DNA of 64,000 bases, taken from contig JBBRRY010000017.1 of assembly GCA_038245905.1 (NCBI GenBank), positions 7,793 through 71,792 on the forward strand, in the 5' to 3' direction. The notes beneath the pieces were generated by a model, which had not been told where the DNA came from, made no database searches, and was given only the letters and a program-made list of their open reading frames with translations. The stretch is from Thermoanaerobaculia bacterium. Lineage in GTDB: Bacteria > Acidobacteriota > Thermoanaerobaculia > UBA5066. Below are positions 10,952-20,201 of this stretch, in pieces. How positions within the stretch are numbered: the first letter of the stretch is position 1; every line of letters starts with the position of its first letter. The position numbers and the translations under genes are program-made.

Positions 10952-11766
10952 TCACCTGCAAGGGCAAGTCGGAGATCCTCAAGATGGAGCACGCGGCCCG
11001 CATCGTGCACGAGACGTTGTCCGAGTGTGTGGCGGCGTGCCTCGCCGGGAGGACGACGGAGGAGATCGACCGCATCGCGGCGGCCGGCATCGCGTCTCGC
11101 GGCGGCAAGCCCGCATTCCCGGGCTATCGCGGCTACCCCAAGACGCTCTGCATCTCGATCAACGACGAGGTGGTTCACGGCATCCCGTCGACGAAGCGCG
11201 TCCTCAAGGCGGGCGACGTCGTGGGGCTGGACCTGGGCGCGATCGTCGAGGGCTACTACGCGGACGCCGCGCGCTCGATCGCCGTCGAGCCGGTGCCCGC
11301 CCCGGTGCGGGAGTTGATCGACACGACGCACGCTGCCCTCCTTGCCGGTATCGGGGCCGTCGTCGTCGGCGGCCGCATCGGCGACATCGGGGCGGCCGTC
11401 GAGGCCGTCGCGAGGAGCAAGAAGTACGGCGTCGTTCGTGAGTTCGTGGGCCACGGGATCGGTACGGCGCTCCATGAAGAGCCGCAGGTTCCGAACTACG
11501 GCCCCGGCGGCAAGCGCGAGATCATCCGCGAGGGGATGGTCCTTGCCATCGAGCCGATGTTCAACCTCGGCGCCGCGGCGGTCACGACCGATGCCGACGG
11601 ATGGACCGTGCGCACGAAGGACGGTCGGCCCTCGGCGCATTTCGAGCACACGGTGGTGGCGACGGCCAAGGGGCCGGTCGTCCTCGGGTTCGGGCGATTC
11701 ACGGCCGGTTCGGCGCAGACGGGCGCCCCCGGTCTTCACGAGTATCCGCTTCCCGTCGCGGTTTGA
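10948..11766 (+). CDS. map: Methionine aminopeptidase type I
   Basis: VVGLDLGAIVEGYYADAARS and FVGHGIGTALHEEPQVPNYG metal-site motifs. GTGA overlap with the adk stop. Confidence 0.94.
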   Translation: MITCKGKSEILKMEHAARIVHETLSECVAACLAGRTTEEIDRIAAAGIASRGGKPAFPGYRGYPKTLCISINDEVVHGIPSTKRVLKAGDVVGLDLGAIVEGYYADAARSIAVEPVPAPVRELIDTTHAALLAGIGAVVVGGRIGDIGAAVEAVARSKKYGVVREFVGHGIGTALHEEPQVPNYGPGGKREIIREGMVLAIEPMFNLGAAAVTTDADGWTVRTKDGRPSAHFEHTVVATAKGPVVLGFGRFTAGSAQTGAPGLHEYPLPVAV

Positions 11767-11787
11767 CGGCAGCGAGACAGAAGGTTT

Positions 11788-12006
11788 ATGTCGAAGGAAG
11801 ACGCCATCGAAGTGACCGCAACGGTGATCGAGCCGCTGCCGAACGCGATGTTCAAGGTCGAGTTGGAAAACAAACATCAGGTGCTCGCACACATCTCCGG
11901 CAAGATGCGGAAACATTTCATCCGAATCCTGCCGGGAGACAAGGTCCTCGTCGAACTCTCGCCGTACGACCTGACGCGCGGGCGCATCATCTACCGGTAC
12001 AAGTGA
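11788..12006 (+). CDS. infA: Translation initiation factor IF-1
   Basis: 72 aa, [42 protein letters not shown]. Confidence 0.96.
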   Translation: MSKEDAIEVTATVIEPLPNAMFKVELENKHQVLAHISGKMRKHFIRILPGDKVLVELSPYDLTRGRIIYRYK

Positions 12007-12019
12007 ATCGAGGTCTCGC

Positions 12020-12133
12020 ATGAAAGTCCGCACGTCCGTCAAGAAGATCTGCAGCAAGTGCAAGGTGATCCGCCGCGCCGGCGTGGTGCGGGTCATTTGC
12101 GAGAACGTCAAGCACAAGCAGCGTCAGGGCTGA
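12020..12133 (+). CDS. rpmJ: 50S ribosomal protein L36 (below the ORF-track size cutoff)
   Basis: Hand translation from the ATG at 12020 gives [37 protein letters not shown], then TGA at 12131-12133. Lies in the canonical position between infA and rpsM. Confidence 0.9.
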   Translation: MKVRTSVKKICSKCKVIRRAGVVRVICENVKHKQRQG

Positions 12134-12146
12134 AGAGGAATTCGCA

Positions 12147-12530
12147 ATGGCTCGTATCGCAGGCGTCGACCTTCCCCCGAACAAGCGCGTCGAAATCGGC
12201 CTGACCTACATTTTCGGGATCGGCCGTCCAAGCTCCGGAAAGATCCTGGAGACCGCAAAGGTCGACCGGAACACGCGCGTCAAGGATCTCTCCGAGGACG
12301 AGGTTTCCCGGATCCGCAAGACGATCCAGGACGACTATGAGGTCGAGGGCGATCTCCGCAAGGAGACGTCCCAGGACATCAAGCGGCTCATGGAGATCGG
12401 CTGCTATCGCGGCGTCCGGCACCGCCGGAACCTCCCCGTCCGCGGTCAGCGCACACACACGAACGCCCGCACGCGGAAGGGGCCCCGCAAGGGCGCCGTG
12501 GCCGGCAAGAAGAAGGCTACGAAAAAGTAG
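12147..12530 (+). CDS. rpsM: 30S ribosomal protein S13
   Basis: [26 protein letters not shown] is S13-like. Confidence 0.96.
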   Translation: MARIAGVDLPPNKRVEIGLTYIFGIGRPSSGKILETAKVDRNTRVKDLSEDEVSRIRKTIQDDYEVEGDLRKETSQDIKRLMEIGCYRGVRHRRNLPVRGQRTHTNARTRKGPRKGAVAGKKKATKK

Positions 12531-12534
12531 GTAA

Positions 12535-12969
12535 ATGATGGCTACACCAACTGAAGCTTCCGCGACCGCGAAACCCGCGACTCCCAAGGGCAAGAAGAAG
12601 GGTCCGAAAAGGGATAAGAAGAACATCCCACACGCGCTAGCGACGGTGCAGGCGTCCTTCAACAACACGATCGTCTCGATCACCGACCAGCAGGGCAACG
12701 TCCTCGCCTGGTCGTCGGCGGGGCGCATCGGGTTCAAGGGCTCGCGCAAAGGCACCCCCTTCGCGGCGCAGCTGGCCGCCGGGAACGCCGCGCAGATCGC
12801 CCAGGAGAGCGGCGTCCGCTCGCTGGACGTCCGCGTGAACGGACCGGGCGCCGGCCGCGAGAGCGCGATCCGAGCCCTCGCAGCCGCGGGCATCGACATC
12901 CGTTCCATCAAGGACGCGACGCCGATCCCGCACAACGGCTGCCGCCCGCGCAAGCGGCGGCGGGTCTGA
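12535..12969 (+). CDS. rpsK: 30S ribosomal protein S11
   Basis: [23 protein letters not shown]...[15 protein letters not shown] is S11-like. Confidence 0.95.
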   Translation: MMATPTEASATAKPATPKGKKKGPKRDKKNIPHALATVQASFNNTIVSITDQQGNVLAWSSAGRIGFKGSRKGTPFAAQLAAGNAAQIAQESGVRSLDVRVNGPGAGRESAIRALAAAGIDIRSIKDATPIPHNGCRPRKRRRV

Positions 12970-12975
12970 GAGGCG

Positions 12976-13025
12976 CCCCTCTTACCTTCTAAGAATTCTT
13001 CGGAATTCTTCGTCCGTAAACCGAG
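12976..13025 (+). repeat. CT-rich dispersed element, copy B (intergenic rpsK-rpsD)
   Basis: CCCCTCTTACCTTCTAAGAATTCTTCGGAATTCTTCGTCCGTAAACCGAG. Has the exact 11-mer and a perfect 10-bp tandem duplication GAATTCTTCG x2 (12993-13012). Confidence 0.85.
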
Positions 13026-13094
13026 CTCTCGATTCCGGGCCGGGAAGAAGGACGCAATGAAATGACGGAATCGGACGAGAGGTCGTGATTTCCC

Positions 13095-13721
13095 GTGGCT
13101 CGTTATCGTGAATCGGTCTGCCGGCTCTGCCGGCGCGAAGCAATGAAGCTGTTCCTCAAGGGGGACCGCTGTTTCACCAACAAGTGCGCGATCGAGCGCC
13201 GCAATTTTCCGCCCGGCCAGCACGGCAAGCGTCGCTCCAAGATCCTCGGCTACGGCATCCAGCTTCGTGAGAAGCAGAAGCTGAAGAGGTTCTACGGGGT
13301 GCTCGAGGGCCAGTTCCGGCTCACGTTCGAGGCCGCCGAGCGCATGCGCGGCGTCACGGGCGAGAACCTCCTCTCGCTCCTGGAACGCCGTCTCGACAAC
13401 GTCGTTCACCGCCTCGGCTTCTCCGGCTCGCGCGCTCAGGCGCGCCAGCTCGTCCGTCACGGGCATGTCCGCGTGAACGGCAAGAAGGTGAACGTGCCGA
13501 GCTATGTCGTCGGCACGGGCGCCCTCGTCTCCGTCAAGGAGAAGAGCAAGGCGAATCCGCTCATCGCCGGCGCCGTCGAAACGGCCAAGGGCCGCGGAAT
13601 CCCGGCGTGGCTCGAGCTGAACGCGGCGGAATTCCAGGGCAAGGTCGTCAAGCTTCCGAAGCGCGAAGACGTCGCGCTGCAGGTCAACGAAAAGCTCATC
13701 GTCGAGCTGTACTCGAAGTAG
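13095..13721 (+). CDS. rpsD: 30S ribosomal protein S4
   Basis: GTG start. [26 protein letters not shown] is S4-like. Confidence 0.95.
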   Translation: MARYRESVCRLCRREAMKLFLKGDRCFTNKCAIERRNFPPGQHGKRRSKILGYGIQLREKQKLKRFYGVLEGQFRLTFEAAERMRGVTGENLLSLLERRLDNVVHRLGFSGSRAQARQLVRHGHVRVNGKKVNVPSYVVGTGALVSVKEKSKANPLIAGAVETAKGRGIPAWLELNAAEFQGKVVKLPKREDVALQVNEKLIVELYSK

Positions 13722-13784
13722 TTCCGTCACGAACACTCCCGCGCGCGCCGCTCAGCGGATCAGTCGCAGGGACAGGAGAAACAG

Positions 13785-14756
13785 ATGTTGTGGAAGGGTT
13801 TTCAACGTCCGAACCGTCTCGAGGTCGATGAAGAGAAGGGCAACTACGGCCGTTTCACGGCGCAACCGCTCGAGCGGGGCTGGGGCACGACGGTCGGCAA
13901 CGCGCTTCGCCGCGTTCTTCTCTCGTCGATCGAGGGTGCCGCGGTCACCGCGGTGAAGATCGAGGGCGTGGAGCACGAGTTCACGGCCGTCCCGGGCGTC
14001 GTCGAAGACGTCACGGACATCATCCTCAATCTCAAGGGCCTCGCGATTCGTCTGCACGATGACGGCCCGCGCGCGCTCACGCTCGACGTCAAGACGAAGG
14101 GCGGCGTGACCGCCGACGCCTTCGAGGACGACGCGCAGCTCGAGATTCTCAATCCCGACGCCCCCGTCGCGACGCTGGCCGACGGAGGCCGCCTGCGTCT
14201 CGAGGCCACGGTCAGCAAGGGCCGTGGCTATGTGCCGGCCGACCGCAACTTCGACCCGGAGGCACCGATCGGAACGATTCCGCTCGATTCGGCCCACTCG
14301 CCCGTGCGCCGCGTGAACTATCACGTCGAGGCGGCTCGCGTCGGCCAGGCGACGGACTACGACAAGCTCGTCATCGAAGTCTGGACGAACGGCACGATCA
14401 CTCCGCGCGACGCCGTTGGCGTGGCCGCGGTTCTCATCCGCGACCATCTCGCGATTTTCGTGAACGTCGAGACGGACGAGGCGGCCCAGGCGGCCGGAGC
14501 CGAGATGCCCCAGAGCGAGCTCGACGCTCTGCTCGACACGAACGTCGAGGAGCTCGAGCTTTCCGTGCGCAGCGCGAATTGCCTCAAGAACGCCGGCATC
14601 CGCACGCTTCGCGAGCTGGTCCAGAAGACCGAAAGGGACATGCTCGAGACGAAGAACTTCGGGCGGAAGAGCCTGAACGAGATCAAGGACATCCTGCGCG
14701 ACAAGGGCCTCGCCTTCGGCATGAAGCTCGAGTCTCCGGCCGGCGCGGGTCGCTGA
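13785..14756 (+). CDS. rpoA: DNA-directed RNA polymerase alpha subunit
   Basis: [23 protein letters not shown]-terminal domain. [24 protein letters not shown]-terminal domain. Confidence 0.96.
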   Translation: MLWKGFQRPNRLEVDEEKGNYGRFTAQPLERGWGTTVGNALRRVLLSSIEGAAVTAVKIEGVEHEFTAVPGVVEDVTDIILNLKGLAIRLHDDGPRALTLDVKTKGGVTADAFEDDAQLEILNPDAPVATLADGGRLRLEATVSKGRGYVPADRNFDPEAPIGTIPLDSAHSPVRRVNYHVEAARVGQATDYDKLVIEVWTNGTITPRDAVGVAAVLIRDHLAIFVNVETDEAAQAAGAEMPQSELDALLDTNVEELELSVRSANCLKNAGIRTLRELVQKTERDMLETKNFGRKSLNEIKDILRDKGLAFGMKLESPAGAGR

Positions 14757-14763
14757 GGAATCC

Positions 14764-15402
14764 ATGCAGCACAATCGAGCGGGCCGCAAGCTCGGCCGGA
14801 CGACAGCGCATCGCAAGTCGCTGTTTCGGAACCAGCTTTCGTCCCTCATTACCCACGAGCGGATCCAGACGACGCTGCCGAAGGCGAAAGACCTCCGGCC
14901 GCTCATCGAGAAGATGGTCACCCTCGGAAAGCGGGGCGGTCTACACGCGCGACGTCTCGCCCTGAAGACCATCCCTGAGGCGACGACTGTCAAGAAGCTC
15001 TTCGAGGAGATCGCGCCGCGCTTCAAAGAGCGGGCCGGTGGCTACACTCGCATCATGAAGCTCGGACGGCGTCAAGGCGACGGCGCCGAGATGGCAATCC
15101 TCGAGTTCATCGACTTCGACTGGGCGCACCGCCAGGCGGCCAAGAAGGTTGCCGCGAAGGCCGCCGACGAGAAAAAGCAGTCGCTTCTCGAGAAGGCCAA
15201 GAAGCTCGTCTCGGGCAAGAGTGACGACAAGGCCGAGAAAAAGGGCGACGGCGCCGAAGGCTCTGATGACGCCGAGAAGGCCGAGAAAAAGGCCAAGGTG
15301 CCTGTCGAAAAGAAGAAGGGCTACACGGCTCCGAAGGGACCCAGAGGCTCAGGACCGAAGAGCGGCGGCTCCCACGGCGGCGGCAAGCGCAAGACCGGCT
15401 AG
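14764..15402 (+). CDS. rplQ: 50S ribosomal protein L17 with about 85 aa Lys/Ala/Glu-rich C-terminal tail
   Basis: [37 protein letters not shown] is L17-like. 212 aa. Confidence 0.93.
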   Translation: MQHNRAGRKLGRTTAHRKSLFRNQLSSLITHERIQTTLPKAKDLRPLIEKMVTLGKRGGLHARRLALKTIPEATTVKKLFEEIAPRFKERAGGYTRIMKLGRRQGDGAEMAILEFIDFDWAHRQAAKKVAAKAADEKKQSLLEKAKKLVSGKSDDKAEKKGDGAEGSDDAEKAEKKAKVPVEKKKGYTAPKGPRGSGPKSGGSHGGGKRKTG

Positions 15403-15410
15403 GTAGACAG

Positions 15411-15462
15411 GAAAGATAGAGAAGAGACTCGGATACGGATTTTCTTAAAAGGTTAAGAGGGG
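15411..15462 (-). repeat. CT-rich dispersed element, copy K (intergenic after rplQ, reverse orientation)
   Basis: Plus strand reads GAAAGATAGAGAAGAGACTCGGATACGGATTTTCTTAAAAGGTTAAGAGGGG. Its reverse complement aligns with copies B and C, including the TCCGTA/CCGAG arm. Confidence 0.75.
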
Positions 15463-15487
15463 CCCCGGTTCGCCGGGGCCTTTTTTC
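15460..15487. terminator. Intrinsic terminator closing the ribosomal protein array (possibly bidirectional)
   Basis: Perfect hairpin GGCCCCGG-TTCG-CCGGGGCC followed by TTTTTT, 58 nt after the rplQ stop and 14 nt from the end of the convergent gene. Confidence 0.8.
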
Positions 15488-15500
15488 ATGAGGGGGGCTT

Positions 15501-15893
15501 CTACCCGAGCGCTTTCTCGATCTCCTGTATGAGGACCTTCGTCGAGAAGGGTTTCGTGATGTAGCTCGACGCCCCGAGCCGGAGTCCGAGGTCGCGCTCC
15601 GACGGCAGCGTGCGCGCCGTCAGCATCACGATCGGCAGACGGGACGTGGCCGGGTTTTCCTTCAGGATGCGGCAGACGTCGAAGCCCGTGAGGCCGGGCG
15701 TGAGGGACACGTCGAGGAGCACGAGGTCGGGCGCTTCCTCGCGCACCATCCGGAGGGCCTCTTCGCCGCCGGTCGCCTCCACAGGCAGGAGTCCCGTCAG
15801 GCGGAGCTTGAAGGAGAGGATCTTCAGGATCGTCGGTTCGTCGTCCACGACCAGGATCTTTCGGCCCGCAAGGCCCGGGGGAAGGCTGCTCAT
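15501..15893 (-). CDS. Single-domain response regulator (CheY-like receiver)
   Basis: KILVVDDEPT...PDLVLLDVSL...ITKPF receiver motifs. 130 aa. Confidence 0.88.
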   Translation of the reverse strand: MSSLPPGLAGRKILVVDDEPTILKILSFKLRLTGLLPVEATGGEEALRMVREEAPDLVLLDVSLTPGLTGFDVCRILKENPATSRLPIVMLTARTLPSERDLGLRLGASSYITKPFSTKVLIQEIEKALG

Positions 15894-15900
15894 CGAGCCG

Positions 15901-16290
15901 TCATTCTAGCGAGAGCGCGGCGCCGGTCAGCACGACGACAGCGGCGGCCATCTCCCGCGTGTGGGTGATCGTGACGTGGGCGCCCGTGACGCCGAGGCGC
16001 GCTCCGTGGAGGCGGGCCCGTCCGAAGAGGGCGAGCCGGGGCGGACCGCCGGGACTGCGCACGATGGCGAGCTCGCGAAACGCGATTCCGCGCATTCCTG
16101 TCCCGAGCGCTTTCATCGCCGCCTCTTTCGCCGCGAAGAGCCCCGCGACATGCTCCGCGTACGCCGGCGATTCGGGGGGGCGGCGGACCTCGCCCGGCCG
16201 GAAGAGCCTCTCGGCAAAGCGCGCTCCGTGGCGTGCGATCGCGCGCGCCACCCGTGGAATCTCGCAGAGGTCGACGCCGAGTCCGACCAC
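15901..16290 (-). CDS. acpS: Holo-[acyl-carrier-protein] synthase
   Basis: VVGLGVDLCEI...FAAKEAAMKALG...HVTITHTREMAAAVVVL. GTG at 16290 chosen; the longer track ORF has a non-homologous N-terminus. Confidence 0.75.
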   Translation of the reverse strand: MVGLGVDLCEIPRVARAIARHGARFAERLFRPGEVRRPPESPAYAEHVAGLFAAKEAAMKALGTGMRGIAFRELAIVRSPGGPPRLALFGRARLHGARLGVTGAHVTITHTREMAAAVVVLTGAALSLE

Positions 16291-16334
16291 TCCCGATCCC
16301 GGAGGAAGGCCGTCCTCCGGACCGACGCGGCTGC

Positions 16335-16616
16335 TCACGCAGGCTCCCGCGAGTCCGGCGAAGCCGCATCGCCCTTCATCTCGCGCCTCCACGTCTCGAT
16401 CTCGGAAACTGCGGCCCAGAGGTGCAGGAGCCCGAACCCGAGGAGGAAACTCCGGAAATAGGGCGATTCCAGGAAGGGACGCGTTTTCTCCGGAGACCGT
16501 CCGACGACGCGCACCGTCCAGTACCGGCCCCACGGCGCGAGAGTCAGGAACGCACCGGCCTCGAGGGCGTAGAGGACGAAGAGCGCCCTGAGAAGCCTGC
16601 CGCCGGTTCGTGCCAC
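16335..16616 (-). CDS. Small hypothetical membrane protein
   Basis: 93 aa with two hydrophobic segments (LLRALFVLYALEAGAFLTLAP, FLLGFGLLHLWAAV). GTG start preceded by TACAAT. Confidence 0.45.
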   Translation of the reverse strand: MARTGGRLLRALFVLYALEAGAFLTLAPWGRYWTVRVVGRSPEKTRPFLESPYFRSFLLGFGLLHLWAAVSEIETWRREMKGDAASPDSREPA

Positions 16617-16647
16617 CCCCGGATTGTAGAGGGAGGTCGCCGGCGGG

Positions 16648-18453
16648 TCAGGCGCGGCGGAATGCGGCGGCGTGTGCCGATGCGTCGAATGTCCGAAGCG
16701 CGCCTTCGCGCCGCGCCGGGGGAGCCGCGGGAGCCTGAGGCACTGGCGCCGCCGGCTGAGGCGCGGGGGCCGGCGCGGAATGAGGCGCCTCGCGGGGAGC
16801 GGGTGCGGATTCCCGGTGGGTCACAGGAGCCTCGCGAGGAGCGGGCGCGGATTCCCGGGCCGGGGGCGCCTCGCGCGAGCGCTCGACCACGCGGGGCTGC
16901 GGCGCACGCCATCCCGAGTCGTCGTGACGAACCGGCCGTGCCTCCTCGACGCGCCTCGGAATCGGGGCCGGGGCCGGCGAGGAAGGGGAGCGCCACCCAT
17001 CGTCTCGAAGGCGTCGATAGGCGGGGTCCTGGCCAACGCGCACGGCGGTCTTCTTCAGCTCCTCGATCGCTGCCGGCGAAGGCGTGCTTTCGCGGCGGAG
17101 AATCGCCGTCAGGCCCTCGCTCACGGGAGCCCGGCGAGCGCTCTCGGCGCCTGGCAAACGGTGAAGCGCATCCTGGATCGACGCGGCCGGGTTTCCGCCA
17201 CGCTCGAAGCGGAGGGGAGTTGTCGCGATCGTCCCGATCTCACCGGGCCGGAAGCTCACGCGATCCCCGCGCACGATGTCCCGGGCCGGATCCAGCCGGA
17301 CGACGATCCGCCCGGACGGCACGTAGTTCCAGCCGCGCGGATCGATCTGCGAGACTGCGACACGCCCGCGAAGATGCGGGTAGACGGGAACGCGTCCGTC
17401 GCTGACGTTCACGCGGGCGTGCCGGGAACGGGGCTCCCACGAGCCGTAGGTCCCGATCGGGCACCAGCCTATCCAGCCGGGCGTGTAATTCCAGTAGACC
17501 CACGCGGGCGAGTAGTCGTCGCCGGGGCACCACATCCAGCCCAGCATCGAGTCGAAGACCCACGTCCCATAGTGGTACGGGAGCCATCCCCATGGCTCCG
17601 AAGAGACCCACGTGAGGCCCGCAGGCGTCCACCGCCAGTAACCGAGCGCGTACGGCGTCCAGCCGGCGCCCACGCGAGGCCTCCAGCAGGTGCAGCCACA
17701 CGTCGACGAGTACGTCCAGCTTCCAAAGTCGTCGAACGAGGCGTTGTCGTAGTCGTAGCCGAAATCCGAGGAGACGTAACGGGTCGTGTTGCGGCTGTCC
17801 GTCCGGTCGCGCCGTTCCTCGATGAACCGCGCGAAGCGGTCGCGCGGCGAAGCGGACACCTCCACCTCGACGTCGCCGTCGCTGCTCACGAACGCGTATT
17901 CGCCCGCGCGGACGAGGGCGCGTCCGGCCCGGCCCGAGACCTCGACCTTGCCCGACAGAGCGTAGATCTCCGTGCCGCGCCTGCCGGCGTCCACGCGGAA
18001 CAGCGCGCGCGAAGGCGCCAGGATCGTCGCGTCGTCCGTGTCGAGACGCAGGGCGCGCTCGCGCGTCGTCTCTCTCGCCGCCACGTCACGGACCTCGACC
18101 GCCACCGTGCCGCGCGCGAGGAAGAGGAGGTCACGGTCGTCTTCGGCTTCGTACGTGCGGGCCATCCGGTCGAAGCGCAGGTCCGTGTATCCGTCCACGC
18201 GCACCACGTTGCCGTCCGCGAGGACCGCTTCCGCACGCGACCCGACTCCCGTCACGAGGCTGTCTCCCGGGAGAACCGGCATGTTGATCCGGGCCGCGGA
18301 GTCGTCTTCGGCCTTCGAGAGCAGGGAGACGTCGGGCTGTACGTACGAGAGGTACGTGTAGCCCTCCCGCTGGGCGTCCGCGCGACCCGGCGCCAGGGCG
18401 GCGGCGAGAAGGGCGGCTGCGAGAGCGGTGGGCGCCGTCTGGCGGGCGTTCAT
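16648..18453 (-). CDS. Secreted FecR-domain protein with Trp-rich central region and Pro/Ala-rich tail
   Basis: Start MNARQTAPTALAAALLAAALAPGRADA (signal peptide). FecR-like VLPGDSLVTGVGSRAEAVLADGNVVRVDGYTDLRF. W-rich block GYWRWTPAGLTWVSSEPWGWLPYHYGTW. Confidence 0.65.
   Translation of the reverse strand: MNARQTAPTALAAALLAAALAPGRADAQREGYTYLSYVQPDVSLLSKAEDDSAARINMPVLPGDSLVTGVGSRAEAVLADGNVVRVDGYTDLRFDRMARTYEAEDDRDLLFLARGTVAVEVRDVAARETTRERALRLDTDDATILAPSRALFRVDAGRRGTEIYALSGKVEVSGRAGRALVRAGEYAFVSSDGDVEVEVSASPRDRFARFIEERRDRTDSRNTTRYVSSDFGYDYDNASFDDFGSWTYSSTCGCTCWRPRVGAGWTPYALGYWRWTPAGLTWVSSEPWGWLPYHYGTWVFDSMLGWMWCPGDDYSPAWVYWNYTPGWIGWCPIGTYGSWEPRSRHARVNVSDGRVPVYPHLRGRVAVSQIDPRGWNYVPSGRIVVRLDPARDIVRGDRVSFRPGEIGTIATTPLRFERGGNPAASIQDALHRLPGAESARRAPVSEGLTAILRRESTPSPAAIEELKKTAVRVGQDPAYRRLRDDGWRSPSSPAPAPIPRRVEEARPVRHDDSGWRAPQPRVVERSREAPPARESAPAPREAPVTHRESAPAPREAPHSAPAPAPQPAAPVPQAPAAPPARREGALRTFDASAHAAAFRRA
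16787..16882 (-). repeat. Imperfect ~42-bp tandem repeat in the Pro/Ala-rich tail of the FecR-like gene
   Basis: GCCTCGCGGGGAGCGGGTGCGGATTCCCGG (16787-16816) and GCCTCGCGAGGAGCGGGCGCGGATTCCCGG (16829-16858), plus a partial third unit. Encodes repeated RESAPAPREAP. Confidence 0.6.
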
Positions 18454-18619
18454 GTCGGGCCTCCGGGCCATCCTATGCGACCTCCGTACCACTATGGGCG
18501 GCGCCTCTCTCGTCCCCCCGCGGGGACGCTTGACCGCGCCCGGGAAGCCCTGCAATCTCAACGTGCTGGCCGACGCTCCTGAAAAGGGGAGAAGAGCCGT
18601 CCCGTCCTCCGGAGTGCAG

Positions 18620-19135
18620 GTGGCCATTCGAGAAATCGTCAAGTACGGGGATCCGCGGCTCGTCGCGAAGAACCGGGCCGTCGACGTGTTCGACGATCCC
18701 GGCCTCGCCGCCTTGCTTCAGGACCTGAAAGAGACCTGCTGGGCGGCTCCCGGCCTCGGTCTCGCCGCCCCCCAGATCGGGGTGAACCTCCGCGTCGCGA
18801 TCGTCGATCTCTCGATCGGGAAGGATCCGGCCCAGGTCATCGTGCTCGTGAACCCCGTCGTCGTGGACGTGCAGGGGCTCATTCGGGAAGAGGAGGGCTG
18901 TCTCTCCTTTCCCGACATGGTGGAGACGGTCGAGCGGCCCGAGAGAGTGACGGTGGAGGCCCTCGACGCCCTCGGAAAGAAGCAGACGTTCGACGGGCGA
19001 GACCTTCTCGCGCGGGCATTCTGCCACGAGGTGGACCACCTCGACCAGCGGCTCTTCGTCGACCGGCTCTCGTCCCTGAAGAAAGGCCTCCTGCTGCGCC
19101 AGGTCGTCAAACGCCAGAAAAGGGGGGTGTGGTAG
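18620..19135 (+). CDS. def: Peptide deformylase
   Basis: GLGLAAPQIG, EGCLSFP and HEVDHL motifs. GTG at 18620 (or 18614) chosen over the long track start. Confidence 0.92.
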   Translation: MAIREIVKYGDPRLVAKNRAVDVFDDPGLAALLQDLKETCWAAPGLGLAAPQIGVNLRVAIVDLSIGKDPAQVIVLVNPVVVDVQGLIREEEGCLSFPDMVETVERPERVTVEALDALGKKQTFDGRDLLARAFCHEVDHLDQRLFVDRLSSLKKGLLLRQVVKRQKRGVW

Positions 19136-19171
19136 ACGGCGTCAACAGCCACGATGCCGCGACGCCCGACA

Positions 19172-20074
19172 CTACGCTCCGGCTTTCGCGCGCAGCTCGT
19201 CGACGAGGTTGAGCCGGTGGAGGGTGCGGCCGAGGTGCGCGGCGAACGCCATCAAATGCTCGAGCTCGGGTGATTCGCCTGGTGGAGGAAGCGGTCCGCG
19301 CCGATAGAGGCGCAGCGTGCCGAGGAGCTCCTTGCCGCCGAAGACCGGAGCGGCGGTGATGGTCCAGTCCGGGGTGGCATCGCCCGGGAGGCGCGGCGCG
19401 CGCGCCGTGCGCGGATCCTCGTCGAGGCCGAGCGTCGCGACGAAGCCGGGAGGACTTCCGCCCGGCCAGGTGCTGGAGGCGGCCGCGAGCAGGTCTACGT
19501 GGCCCGTGCGCCGCACGTGCAGCGTGACGCCGTCGGCGCCGAACACGGACGCGATCCGGTCGAGGATCGGGACGAGGAGGCGCGCCCGGAAGTCTTCGGT
19601 CGTGACGCCGTCCTCTTCGACCTTCGCGGAGATCTCCTGCTGCAGCTCGAGAATCTGCGTGCGCGCCGTGAGGGCGTCCAGTAGCTCCTTGATGCGAAGC
19701 GCGTTCTTCACGCGCGCCTTCAGCTCGCGGGCCGAGAACGGCTTCGTGACGTAGTCGTTCGCGAGCGCTTCGAAACCCTGCAGGAGGTCTTCCTCCTCAG
19801 TGCGCGCCGTTACGAAGATGACCTGCGTGCCCGCCGTCGCGCCGACGGTCTTGATCCGGCGGCAGACCTCGTAACCGGAGAGATCGGGCATACGCACGTC
19901 GAGGAGGACGACGTCGGGCCGGCGGGCGTCCACTTTCTCGAGGGCCTCGGTGCCGGACAGCGCGCTTTCGAAGTCGCAGCCCAGCTCGTAGGCGATGTAC
20001 GACGCCACCTCGGCCTGGTAAGGGTCGTCGTCCACGAGGAGGAGCAGGGGCGCGGAGGCGGGCGATCGGAACAT
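19172..20074 (-). CDS. Response regulator receiver fused to a GAF-like C-terminal domain
   Basis: LLLVDDDPY...DVVLLDVRMPDLSG...VTKPF receiver, followed by about 150 aa resembling a GAF fold. Confidence 0.7.
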   Translation of the reverse strand: MFRSPASAPLLLLVDDDPYQAEVASYIAYELGCDFESALSGTEALEKVDARRPDVVLLDVRMPDLSGYEVCRRIKTVGATAGTQVIFVTARTEEEDLLQGFEALANDYVTKPFSARELKARVKNALRIKELLDALTARTQILELQQEISAKVEEDGVTTEDFRARLLVPILDRIASVFGADGVTLHVRRTGHVDLLAAASSTWPGGSPPGFVATLGLDEDPRTARAPRLPGDATPDWTITAAPVFGGKELLGTLRLYRRGPLPPPGESPELEHLMAFAAHLGRTLHRLNLVDELRAKAGA

Positions 20075-20201
20075 GGCGACCGAGGGTATAGCAGAACCAG
20101 GGAGCGATCAGGGAGCGCTTTTGCCTGGACCGACCTGCGACAGCGCGGATTCGACCCGATGCGCTAGCGAAATCCCTCGCGGTCGTCGAGAATCGCCCGT
20201 C

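Noticed and set aside
12985-13012. The element core TTCTAAGAATTCTTCGGAATTC resembles eukaryotic heat-shock elements (nGAAnnTTCn arrays).
   Set aside because: HSF/HSE is a eukaryotic system, and most copies are intragenic. This is treated as a coincidence of the inverted-repeat core.
16672-18582. 636-aa plus-strand ORF (and 16233..17405) opposite the FecR-like gene.
   Set aside because: Shadow ORFs rich in Arg, Gly and Pro. The minus-strand product has a signal peptide and FecR-like motifs.
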